From the NCBI GenBank assembly GCA_965285935.1, contig OZ260665.1, positions 27,280,001 through 27,344,000 of the forward strand: 64,000 nt of DNA, read 5' to 3'. This stretch comes from Ophelia neglecta. Lineage: Eukaryota. The notes below the pieces were generated by a model. It had not been told where the DNA came from and ran no database searches. It saw only the letters and a program-made list of their open reading frames with translations. Of this stretch, positions 1-11,444 are shown one piece after another. Both the position numbers and the translations under genes were made by a program. Within the stretch, counting starts at the first letter, position 1. Every line of letters begins with the position of its first letter.

Positions 1-1218
1 AGATCTTAGCTAGCTCGGATAGCATTGGGAAGTGGGAAACAAGAGTTCCTGTTATCACTGCCACTACTGATACCAGGCGTACATGCTGACTGGAGATGAG
101 GCTGATCTAAAGACCCGACAGTAGGCAAGCACTCTTAGTTAATACCACTAAAATACCACATTGTGGCAGTGGATTCTGGCAAGACGGCCGCCAACACTTT
201 CCTCACCCCTCTTCAGCTAAGGCTTCCTGTCCTTATTAGGGTAAGTCACTCCATCATATACAATAACTGTACAAAGCAATCAAGGGAAATCAGCATTATG
301 TAATATCAAGCTTTAAGTTGAATCTCTAATCAGTATTTCAAGACAGAAGCTCTTCAAAAGTCCTTGTTTCTAAATGGCTTCAGTAGACCATGATGTTTCC
401 TTTGTCTGGTTGACCCTTTGAGATAAGTAGCAAAGGTCAAAGCTTGGTTGTATTTCACAGCTTAATACATCATTAATAAGATCAAAAGAAACTATGAGAG
501 GATCATTTAGACGTACATAGGTGTGGAGCTGAACTTCATGTGATTTCTTATACAGGCTGAGTCAATGCCCCATGGCTGACCCAACTCTGCAGCTCATAAG
601 GGGCTCCTTTCAATGAAAATGGATCAATTTGTGTGCTAAAATAGTCGTGTTACTATGGTATTTCTGCTCAGCTGGGAAGCCTGAATGCCTAGTAGCCTGG
701 GAGAGCATCCATTGTGGATTCAGATAAAGTCTAGGTGCACTAGCTGCCCATTGCTGTCCAATTGTAGGCAGATAACATGTGGAGATGGAGTTGTGATTGG
801 CCTCTGTAGCCACTGATGAGGCTATAGGCATTCTGTAATGTAGTTTATAGTCCCCTGCAGTGAGCTGGCCGAGCAACACTCAACAAATTGTAGTCTGTTC
901 AATAACGGATCCCTTGCTCCATGGGGTGACTTTAAATTAAATTGGGCTGACCACCGGCTACATCTTCTGCTGTTGGCAGTCATTACGTGGAGTGATATAT
1001 TAGTGACAGTCTCAGGCAGTAGGCAGGGATAGCCTTTCCTACAGGGTACAGGAGCAATCAATGGCCAGCCAGCCTTTATTAGAACGCTCATAATGCCATC
1101 TGCTATCCCAAACTTAAAACATGGCTATCATTTGGCCACTTTGTCCAGTGGCCCCATGTGTCATTTAAGGATGGATGTCAGTTTGGGAACAGCATTTCAG
1201 CCTGGCCGTCTGAACCAC

Positions 1219-1680
1219 AATACAGCCTTCAGGATAGCAGCCATACAATACAGCCTTCAAGACAGCAGCAATACAATACAGCCTTCAATAGCTGCAATAC
1301 AATACAGCCCTCAAGAGCAACAATACAGTACAGCCTTTCAAGACAGCAGCAACACAATACACTCTTCAAGAGCAGCAATACAATACAGCCTTCAAAAGGG
1401 GCAATTCAGCCTTCCCATTTGCAGCCTATAGAGCCTTCAAGACGGTGACAATCCAGCCTGTCCATTTGGCAAAGCCTATCAAGCCTTCAAGACAGCTGGT
1501 GATACAGCCTACCAGACAGCCTATATAGCCTTTAAGACAGCTGGTGATACAGCCTCCCAGACAGCCTATATAGCCTTTAAGACAGCTGGTGATACAGCCT
1601 ACCAGACAGCCTATATAGCCTTTAAGACAGCAGCAATGCAGCCTGCCCCTGTGGCAGAGTCTTTATAGCCTTCAAGACAT
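1219..1680. repeat. Minisatellite: ~28-bp AATACAGCCTTCAAGACAGCAGC-type units grading into three 45-bp units (1491-1625)
   Basis: Repeats are directly visible; gacagctggt recurs at 1491, 1536 and 1581. Confidence 0.9.
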
Positions 1681-4600
1681 TTCCGATAGGTGCTGACATC
1701 CAGGAAAATGTGTAACATTACCAAGGTAGTAATCTCCGCCATATTGATTACAAATGGGGACTGTAGCACCACTGACAAGGCAAGGAAATACAATCGGTCT
1801 GTGTTCTCAAGAATTCAGTACTGCTCCTCTGGGAGAATACATGCAGACTGTATCCATGTTAAACTCAAGCCCAATGGTTTTTATGTAAATCTATCATGAT
1901 ATTGACCATGCTAAAAGACTTTGAGGACCTGGCCATTTCCTTTGCACATATATCTTAGAAGGTAGTTGATATTTATCAAAGCTGCTACTCAATATCCACT
2001 GCCTTTCTCCCCTCTCCTATCTCCTTTACCTGTCAGCGGCACAACTGACCAATCAGTTCAATTGCCGCCGGACTCTTATTGCTGGCTTGTGTGTAAAGTT
2101 GGCCTGACTTGATTAGTGAAATTGGCAGGGTAGGATATAAGAGGGTGTGAACAGTCAATGGTTCTTTGGCTCTGAGACGTGGACCTAAGTGGCTGCCCGT
2201 CTCACAGCTCCCAGCTAAGACCCTTCCACAGGCTAATGTCCCTTCCAGGGTTTTTCCTGCCGCCACAAGCCCAGCCTTTAAGTGCTCTAGATCTAATAAA
2301 TGTAATCACTTGGAAAATATACTCTGATCTTCTTAGTTTTGACTGATTTGACCTGTTCAAAGCAGGCATTAAGTGGCTTATTATCAAAGGATAAAATAAG
2401 TAAATATTTTGCTTTCCCTAATTAGGGTGCCTTACAAATTTAGAAGAAAAGGAAATCTCCATAGAGTGCAAGGAGTCAAAACTACAACTACCTGATTTGA
2501 TCTCATACAAATAGAAATGCCTTTCCATTCTCTGCTACCAGCTGGTATTATTTTTATAAGGATATTGTGTTTTTAACATTCCAGACAAAAGACAATATCC
2601 GTAAAGAGATGGCAGTCTTATAATGCAGTCACCTTTGGACAGTATTAGCTCATGGTAGACTTTATAGGGTGTATTTTACCTAGAGTAAGCCTGAATAATT
2701 CAAGTTTCCTCTTCCTGAGCAGCACCCAGATGATCCTTTTTGTCTAATCGTTGTTTTAGTCAGGCATTTCTCATTGATAGCCGATCTTCCCTGGCATATC
2801 AGCCACGACCCTCTGTGCCAGCCACACAGACCCTACTGGGCCTTGCCATCCATTACACCACCAACCCTCCAAGCAAAATGATGCATATTCAGATTGCCGC
2901 AAATCGCTGTAGCTCTTCAATGGAGTATGAAAAATTGTGTGGATAGAGCTCAGAAAATCTGCCTGCTTTGGTTACATGTAAGGAAAGCCGAGCTGTAATA
3001 CAGAAATCCTGACGTTTGTTGTGATCGATAACATTGAAAGGCTTCCATTGGAGGGACATGAAGCTGTGATTTTTTTGGTGAAGGCCTTTTGGGGATTTCT
3101 TCAACAATATCGTTGATCTCTTGGTAGGATGCTGTTGGTGGCAGATAGCGGGTGTGCATGTTCTCAATCATCTGCAGGCTCTTTTGGTAATTGTTTGAGA
3201 AATGCCGGGTTAGCATAGGGTAAAATGTTCTCTGCGAGGGATTTACATGCAATTTCCACATGCCACTCAAGGGGTTAGCAGAAAAATGCATTTTACTGAG
3301 CTTTACTGTTATGCCGAACAATTAAGTTGTGTTAAGAGAAAGCTTCAAGCAGTTGCAAAATTTTTCCTTTTATATGGTAAATTTCCACTTGAATTTTTCC
3401 CAGGTTCAATGTACAAATTTGTTTTTCAGGCTATATAATGCTTATAAATATATGTGTTCATACCAGTAGTTGCCTGAGTGTTTGCCCGGGATCTGGTACT
3501 TGTGAGGAGTCTCAAGTCAGCACGTCTGCTGTCACAGGCGGAACACAGCGGGAATATAATATCCCTCCACCTCTATACACATGAATAAGAGCAGGCGAAT
3601 TCCTGGATGACCCTGGCTCCCAATAAGAGAAGGGAAATTCTCGGGTGACCCTCCCTGCCTCCCAATTTTTAAAGGGATCAGCTTGACAACCAAGCTTCTC
3701 TTATTGCCTTCTAGGGCTGAGGGAACAAATATTCATAACATGCTGAAAAAGTCTTCCATTGAACAATTTCTCAAGCAAAAATATACCGAAATGACTTTAT
3801 TGTGGTCAGATATTATATATTTCTAGCATCTGATTGAAGCATGTATTGTAATGAGCCATTTTTCTTTGTACCTTTAGGTTAATTTAATTATACACAGTCA
3901 TGTATGTTAAGAAAAATTAAGGGAATTTACAGGTTTTTTCTGTGCCATTTTTCTCAAGAGGAACATGATGAGCAGATTTTAGTTTTTCTTCTTTGTAATT
4001 ATGGATGTAGATCTGGGGATCACTGTAGAATATTGTTTACAATGCCTAAACCACAAATTAGCTTTAGTATAATAAGCAATGTTTATTGTCAGTTGACCTA
4101 AAACTCATACAAACAGCACAAACAATGCATTATATTTAGAAATTTTGTCCACAGCAAAGGCTTGAGGAAACAATCAGGGTCATTGAAGCTTTCACCGTCT
4201 GCTTATTGTATTTCTAAAATTGATAATAATAATTACAGCTATTAGACGCTAACAAAGATGACTGGGATGAATTGAAAAATGGACAATACACATCATATTT
4301 TGAGAAAGATCATATGAGAATATGCTATAATAAAAACAATTCATTCAATGCCGACAGTAATAAAAATATTCTATGAATTTCTAAATTGAACTATACATTT
4401 ACACACTTTTCTCAGATTTCTGTCTGGAGATATTTTTCATAAAGTGATATACTATTATGATCAGAAAGAATTATCATTTTCATCATAATTAAGACGAAAA
4501 AAGTTAACAATACAAGCTTGTAAAAATGCTTAGCTCAAAGTGAACAAGCGTTATTTTTAAAGGAATTGTTGATGCATATCTCTGAAATACAGCCTATTAG

Positions 4601-6180
4601 GTTGTAATTATTATGCAAGAAATATGTTTGTTTTATATAGGTAGTTGTATTCATTTGGAGTGTTAGAAATGGCTAGTATGTAACCATTTTTAATGTAGAA
4701 CAAACAGATAACAGTTTAGGTCTAAGAGCCTAGGTGTGGGTCTAAATCCCTGGGACTGTTGGCCTGCTCTGGATCTGAAGTAGTGGTGCTATGGGTATGT
4801 TCTTGGATTCTTGACATTTTGAGCTGTGGGGCTAGATTTTGTGGCCAGGGTCCTGTGGCCTGCTGAGGTCTGGTTTCCATGACAGCCTGTCTTACATGAG
4901 ACTGAGGTCCTGCCACTGAAATTTCCTGTGGAGACACTAGTTGAGCGTTGTGACACCATCTGTCAAGGCAGACCAAAGCTCGGAGCTACCAAATTGTATT
5001 ATTTTGTCCATTACATTTCCGCCAGAGCTCATTGATCAACTCGGATCCAAAGCAACTGCAAATGCATTATATTTTCACCAAACCAAATTGGTTTTCTGAA
5101 TTCTTCTATGTTTTCCGAGCTGGCAAAATGGCTTTCCATGCCCAGTACGTGTAAAAAGTACCTTTGAATGGATTTGAGTTTATACCATTGGCTTTGAATC
5201 AGCCGTATCAATCTATTTTAATGGTGTATAGGAACAGGGCTGGATGCAGAAATGTATAAGATATTGTAGGGGCTCTGCGTTAACTGCTGGGTGACAAATC
5301 CCATGCTACACTCAGAACCAACGCTGTTCATCATCTATTATGGAGACTTAGTTAATGTTGTCTCACTGTTAAATAGGCGCCATTTTATCGATGGCTTCCT
5401 ATTCCATGCCAGTGCTATCCCACCTTCTGATTCATCAGATGAGAGCTCATTCATTCATAGTAAATATTGAACCACTCTCGATGCCATCTTTGGTAAAGTA
5501 GGCCATTACCTCAAATCCCTAGAGTCACCTTCTTTATTATACTCCCAACAGGTATGCAACAAGGTGGGTCTTGATTTGTGTTTACAAACTCGTCTGTACG
5601 CCCATCAAGGCTCAAGGCATGAATTATACACATACCAGCATGACCTATCACGTATCTCGTACCGTGGAGGAGCGTGAAACATTGTGCAGTATACATATTT
5701 GTTTTTGTGTCTGGATGAAAAAATAGCATTGGAAGTAAACAATGAATTGGTAGGGCTCTGGCAATAGACTGTTTTAGGGGGTGTTATTTATGGAGAGACT
5801 TGGCCACTCCTGTACCAGCTGCCTGGGGCTAACTGGCCTTGACTTGACTGTATATGGTTCAGTGTTCAGAGTGTTGTTTCCATTCTATTACATGATGAAG
5901 TACAAATTGTTGCTCTATACAACTCTGGATGAGAGAACATGACAGATTGACCAGGAGCCCGAGCACTTGCACTCAGGAGCACGGAGAAATTAAATTGAAC
6001 TTTGCTGATGGGGTCATTGAGAGACCATTTCTCTCAGCCCGATCCTAGTGGGTCTGAGTGAAATGTTACCAGGATTGCTGCCTTGATAATGGCCCCATTG
6101 GCAGGACATAACTCTCTTAGGTTTATCATGCATTTCATTTGGGTAAGCCATTAAATAGAGATATATCAATTGGCTCCAAA

Positions 6181-7480
6181 GCACACGGGCAGGCACAATG
6201 CCCTGGTATGTACAGACAGGCACAGGGACAATGCCCTGGGACATAAAGAAAGGCACAATGCCCTGGGATTTTTTTAGATGCAGAGAAACAATGCCCTGAG
6301 ACATACAGACAGGCACAGACACAATGCCCTGGGCCTTAAAGCAGGCACAATGCCTGGCACCTACAACAGGGCATGAAGCTAATTGAAATTTACAACTTGC
6401 CCTCTGGGCAAGTAAATAAACTTTTTAACTTGACTTCCCCCAAATTTGCTTGCCCAGGGGCTAGTTACATGTAAAACAAACTTGCCCAACTGAAAATCTA
6501 GTTGCCCTAAATTAATTTGACCCAAATATGCTAGATATCTTTAATATTCTAATTCATAAATAAGGCATATAATATAAAAGTTTAAAAACTACCATCACAT
6601 TCATATTTATTTATTTTTCGAAGTTTACATGACAGGAAGTAAATTGGGTGAAGGCCACTTCCTCCCCCTCAAAGTCAGAGCTTTCAGAATAATAATCTTC
6701 ATCATCAGATTGAGAATCTGTTTGCATCTCCTCCTCCCCATTAAGCTCCGATTAGACAGTTAGATTCAGGTTATAGCAAGCTTCCTGCTCAAACTTCGAT
6801 TCTTCTTCGCCTTCGTCTGTGAGGCACGAAGAAGTATGGCGTCTGCCCTCTGCCGGACCTACTTTCGTAGTGTAGCAAGGCGCGGGATGGCGCCGGTGAC
6901 TAGGCTTCAGTTGCAACGCTTTTGCTGCGATACTGTCATACATGCAGCGACCTGCCTAACTTTCACCCAGTCAAAAAAGGCGTCCAGCGGTAAATGCTGG
7001 CCTCGGAAAACCATAACTTGCCCGAAATTTAACCCAGTAACTGGCCCCCGCTGCTGTATTAGCCCGGCGGACAAATTAAGTAACTGATCAGCTTGCCCTG
7101 CGCGAAAATAGCTTGTCCCGGGCCAACGGGATAGCGGCAATTTCGTGCCCTGTACAAGCAGACACAATTCCCCAAAACACACAAGCAGGCACAATGCCCC
7201 AAAACACACAAGCAGGCACAATGCCCCGGAACATACAAGGTGTATGATTTATTGGATGCACAGAAATAATGCCCTGGGACATACAGACAGGCACAAACAC
7301 AATGCCCTGTGCCTTAAAGCAGGCACAATGCCTGGCAGATACAAGCAGACACAATGCCCCAAAACACACAAGCAGGCACAATGCCCCGGTACATACAAGC
7401 AGACACAGTGCCCCGGTACATACAAGCTGTATGTGCTTGGCACAATGCCAGGCACATACAAGCAGGCACAATGCTCAGGG
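6181..7480. repeat. ~27-bp minisatellite (ACAAGCAGGCACAATGCCC...) interrupted by a transposon
   Basis: Many CACAATGCCC units at 6181-6366 and 7153-7480; higher-order duplication 6271-6360 vs 7250-7340. Confidence 0.9.
6367..7152 (-). mobile_element. Non-autonomous DNA transposon (786 bp), CAGGGCA(T/C)GAA termini, 5-bp TSD TACAA; hAT-like (hAT5-type by TSD)
   Basis: Left end CAGGGCATGAA at 6367, right end TTCGTGCCCTG ending 7152; TACAA on both flanks; subterminal CTTGCCC repeats at both ends; acidic ORF remnants and AATAAA on the - strand. Confidence 0.8.
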
Positions 7481-7721
7481 CAAATGCCTAATATTTGCGA
7501 CCATTCTCTCTAAAGGTAATGATTAGTATGGTTTTCCAACCTGCCATTTTTAAGAAAGAAAGTAAAGGGTTTAATCTGTATTGGGCCTCCTTCTCAGGGC
7601 AGCAATAATCCTGGTAGTGCATTAGTGTCCATTATAGTATGGAACGGCTGGACCAAGGCAATCTATTTGTCGTTGCTGATGGGAGTGCCAACAACAATGA
7701 AGCAAATGGTCATTCTGGCAC

Positions 7722-8241
7722 CCCGGGGGGGGTACTTCCTATATTTTAGGGTGGGGGTGCTCCCCGCAGCTTTGAAAAAGGGGGTCATTATGATAGAAAT
7801 TCCTCGAAAAAGATACCCATTTGATAGAAATTCCTCGAAAAAGGTACCCATTTGATAGAATTCGCGGGGTTTTGCCGTGTTGTATGTATTGTGAAATTGA
7901 TCCACTTCCGGTGCCGTGCGTTGCATTCTGCCGTAGCACTACTCGCACTTTGAACAAGAACGATGAAGTAGTTTTCACAACTTCACAATTCACAACTTGT
8001 CTGGCAAGTTTTTACGATCTCACCGTCTGATCAATATGATAGATTGTAGAGAAAATTAGACCCTTTTGATAGACATTCAAATGTGATGACCCATTTGATA
8101 GAACAATTGTGAAAAAACTACCCATTTGATAGCATCGTTGTGAAAAAGATACCCAATTTGATAGGGAAAAATTGGTGAAAAAGATACCCTTTACCGCGGA
8201 GCATACCTACTATGGCCATATATGGGAGTACCCCCCCCGGG
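7722..8241. mobile_element. MITE (520 bp) with CCCGGGGGGGGTACT TIRs and 8-bp TSD TCTGGCAC
   Basis: TCTGGCAC at 7714-7721 and 8242-8249; ~24-bp imperfect TIRs; internal ~31-bp TACCCATTTGATAG repeats. Superfamily not resolved. Confidence 0.9.
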
Positions 8242-11200
8242 TCTGGCACCTTTCAATTTATGAGGGCTTCCTGTGTAAGTAGTGGTCATTCAAAAATAAT
8301 AAAAAAACATTACAATCATTGGTCATTCTACCTGTCTGGGAAGAGGGGGGGGGGGTGTTAATGCTGTGCAAGACTCTTCCTAACATTCATTCTGCCCCTG
8401 GCATAAATAACCAACACTCATAGTACCCCTTCACTGCTGCCCGTTATCCATGTGTACTACTCTCCCACCATTTTAGGAACAGAGAATTTTAGTGTTTTAT
8501 TTGTTGCAATCTTCACAGTTCTGACCGTTGTCATCCCATCTCACTGTCACCTTGGGGTATAATATGACTGATGTTGATCTCACTCATGTAAAAGACTGTT
8601 AGGAGGTAGCCTCTTTCTGAAAGAAGAAGTCTGCACCGAGAAAGATGGCTTGGAGCTTATAGCTAGTAAGCACTACACTGTTAGGTTAAACAGAAGACAG
8701 CCAAGATGTGATAGAAATATCAAAATGAGCTATGAATGTGACCGATGGCCACCTGAACAACAGTGGTGTGTCCGGTTTGTGTCTGTGTAATGGGACTCTT
8801 GTTAACAATACTAAGGTATGGGGGTTTTAAAAGGACCTTACAAATGATGGTGTCTGACTGGTGTGAGCTGTAACTGACACCCCTTGATGGAAAAGGCATG
8901 GATGCCATGATACATGTTTAAAAGTGATCTATGGGCACTTCCTATACTAGCTGGCAGGCTTTTTATCTAGGAAGATTGTAGCCATTTTGAGTCTTGGATG
9001 TTACAATGGGCAATAGAGCTATACAAAGCCCCATCTGCTTTCATTTTGAAAATTATGTGTAGCTGTTTATGGGAAACATGCTTTTAAGTATTTAAGGGAG
9101 AAGTGGCACTAGGGCACTTATGTGCAGATATTTGAGCATGAAACTCAATTAGGCATAAAACCTGGATTAAAAGTTAATAGGTTGTGTGCGGTTATTACTA
9201 ACCACTTAGTCTCTAGGTCAAAAACAATTTTTAAACACTTCGATCGCCTGTAGCCACCAGCTTATAAGATAAACTCATCAAACAGCAGAAAAGTGCATAA
9301 CGGTCTCCAAGAGGGCTTTTTGTAGTGACAGGGGAGGAAATATTGCAAAGAGTGTTGGCCAGCAATATGTTTATGTAAATGGGCATCCATGAATTGTTCC
9401 AAGAAAGAAATTTTTATATCATTTTATGCTACCAGTAGTCAAGAAGTGGGTGGACATTGGAAAGGTTTTTTCTTCATATAAATATTCTATGTTTAACATT
9501 ATCATGTGACATTGTGTGTAATGTTATGAGTTTGATGAAATGAATTACAGGATAGGAGGGCATTAAATTGAATCTGACTAAAAGGGATATATTTGAGGGA
9601 TGTCTGATCATGAGATACAGCTCATTGAATTAATAGTGATATGATTTAGCCATCATGGTATTTGTCTGCAATGTTGAGCCTCAGCTTTGAAGAAGTGTGC
9701 CTCTGTGGTGTGTCTGACCTCACAATCCTCTTGTCATGCTGTCCGTGACGGCCAGATTGCCCCCTCACCCCGTCCTATCGATCCCCCCTCCCTCTTTCTC
9801 TGATATTCCCGACCAAGACGTTATTAAAGATAAGTTGGCTGTGCCTTGGCAATACTTTTTGGCCTATTTCTGATCAATTGAGATGGGAGTTTGGGTCGAA
9901 CATCTCCGCTGCTACGAGTTCATTCATCATAATTATGTATTATTCACTGAAATCCATTTAAGACATTTACATGTTTTTTTCCCTGAAATTCCTCCCACTG
10001 AAAAATTATTTATGGTCCTAGAATAATGTGTCCTGGTGACAGGGGAATCACTGTTCCTGATTAGACTGAATATTGTGAACTAGTTTGCCATGATAGGCGG
10101 CGCCAAACAGCCCAAGATCAGACTGAACGACTTCATAAATCAATAGATATCCCTCAAAGAAGCATGTGGGGGTCAGGCTTGGCTGATTTTGCTAGTAAGG
10201 AAATACAGCAATCTGCACTGGGAGATGGCCACTATATTAATATCACTTCATTGTTCTCCTCTGTAACTATTGTGTGGGCTTTTTGCAATTATTATTTGTT
10301 AGACATGATTTTATAGCCAAGCTTTATGAGTGTGTTTCATCCTACGGGAAGAGGTTTTATAATTATATTTTGTAATTTTGGATAGCAGACATTTCCTTGT
10401 CAGAGGAAAATGGAAATGTGAAGGTTATTGTTTATGAATTATGCTGTGGCTAAAATGAGTCGTTTATCAATGAAGCAGTTTAATTTACCTCAGGAGGATT
10501 ATTTTAGAATAAAGCCTTGTGGATGGACAGCTATTTGTGCAATTGATCATTAAATGATGCCAAGTAGGAAAAAACTTTGATAACTTAAATAGTTTTCATG
10601 GACTATAATTGGAATTCAAGTGGTATTCATATGTTACAATTATGGACTTATAAATGTCACCAGCAAACATTATCAGTAGTCATTAAGTTTTATTAAATTT
10701 TAGCATGCATATGAATTCACTGTAGAATTACTGCATTGAGGACAATTTAGAATAGGACTGCCATCAAAAGTGGGCCAGTGGATGTTTTCTAGCTGAGAAA
10801 AATTGACTGCATTCCTACTATATGTATTTTCATGCATGGGAACTGACATGCTAGTTTGGCTAATTTTGTTCAGATGTAATTACATGGTCCACGAGGGAAC
10901 GGTTCATTTTCAGGCCTCTAGCAGGGTTTGCACTAATGTTTATTTCGTGTTCTCAGAATGAAGTATTTTACTTCACTACTACTATCTTTCTGGGTCCAAG
11001 AAAGTAGTAGCGCTGTGCACATGCTGGTCAAAATTCCTAGAATGCTACTGGTGGTTTTTTGGTGCATGCATGGCCTCTTGTTTAATCAATACCATATATG
11101 GTATATGACCCGATTGATGCTCTACTTTTTGTGGGGTGACACCTGTCATAACAAATCATGGGGTTCTTCTGTGTGCAATTGTCGTCTGCTGCATACATTT

Positions 11201-11357
11201 CTTCTCGGCAGCAGGATTTTGTTTTCACTAATTTCTTGAACTATTTTGGCAAATATCATGGGAATATGTAGAAACTATCCATAGTTTGTACTTCATTTTA
11301 CTGTACTAAATATTTAAGAACACCCAAAGCTAGAATTTCATAGAGCTTCAGGCATAG

Positions 11358-11444
11358 ATGAGGATGTATCCAATATTTGAACAACAGCAAGCAGTCTTCA
11401 GGGATGATGAAAATGAGTGGGACATGATAAACGAGTCCATCTGG
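11358..11444 (+). CDS. Candidate alternative N-terminal coding exon of Rbfox (MRMYPIFEQQQAVFRDDENEWDMINESIW)
   Basis: 29 open codons from an ATG preceded by an in-frame TAG, ending at phase-0 donor TGG|gtaggt, in frame with exon 31995. Confidence 0.45.

Noticed and set aside
1093-1448. Repetitive ORFs (IQYSLQ…, QQQYN…)
   Set aside because: Translations of a minisatellite; no splice or codon support.
6014-7526. Repetitive ORFs (GIVP…, CLLVC…, HTSRHNAP…)
   Set aside because: Translations of the 27-bp minisatellite, open in many frames.
7788-8195. Regularly spaced ~31-bp repeats that superficially resemble a CRISPR array
   Set aside because: They lie inside a MITE, the spacers are mutually similar, the context is eukaryotic and there are no cas genes.
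10922-11055. CAGGGTTTGCACTAA transposon-like end with an internal hairpin
   Set aside because: No matching opposite TIR or TSD found.
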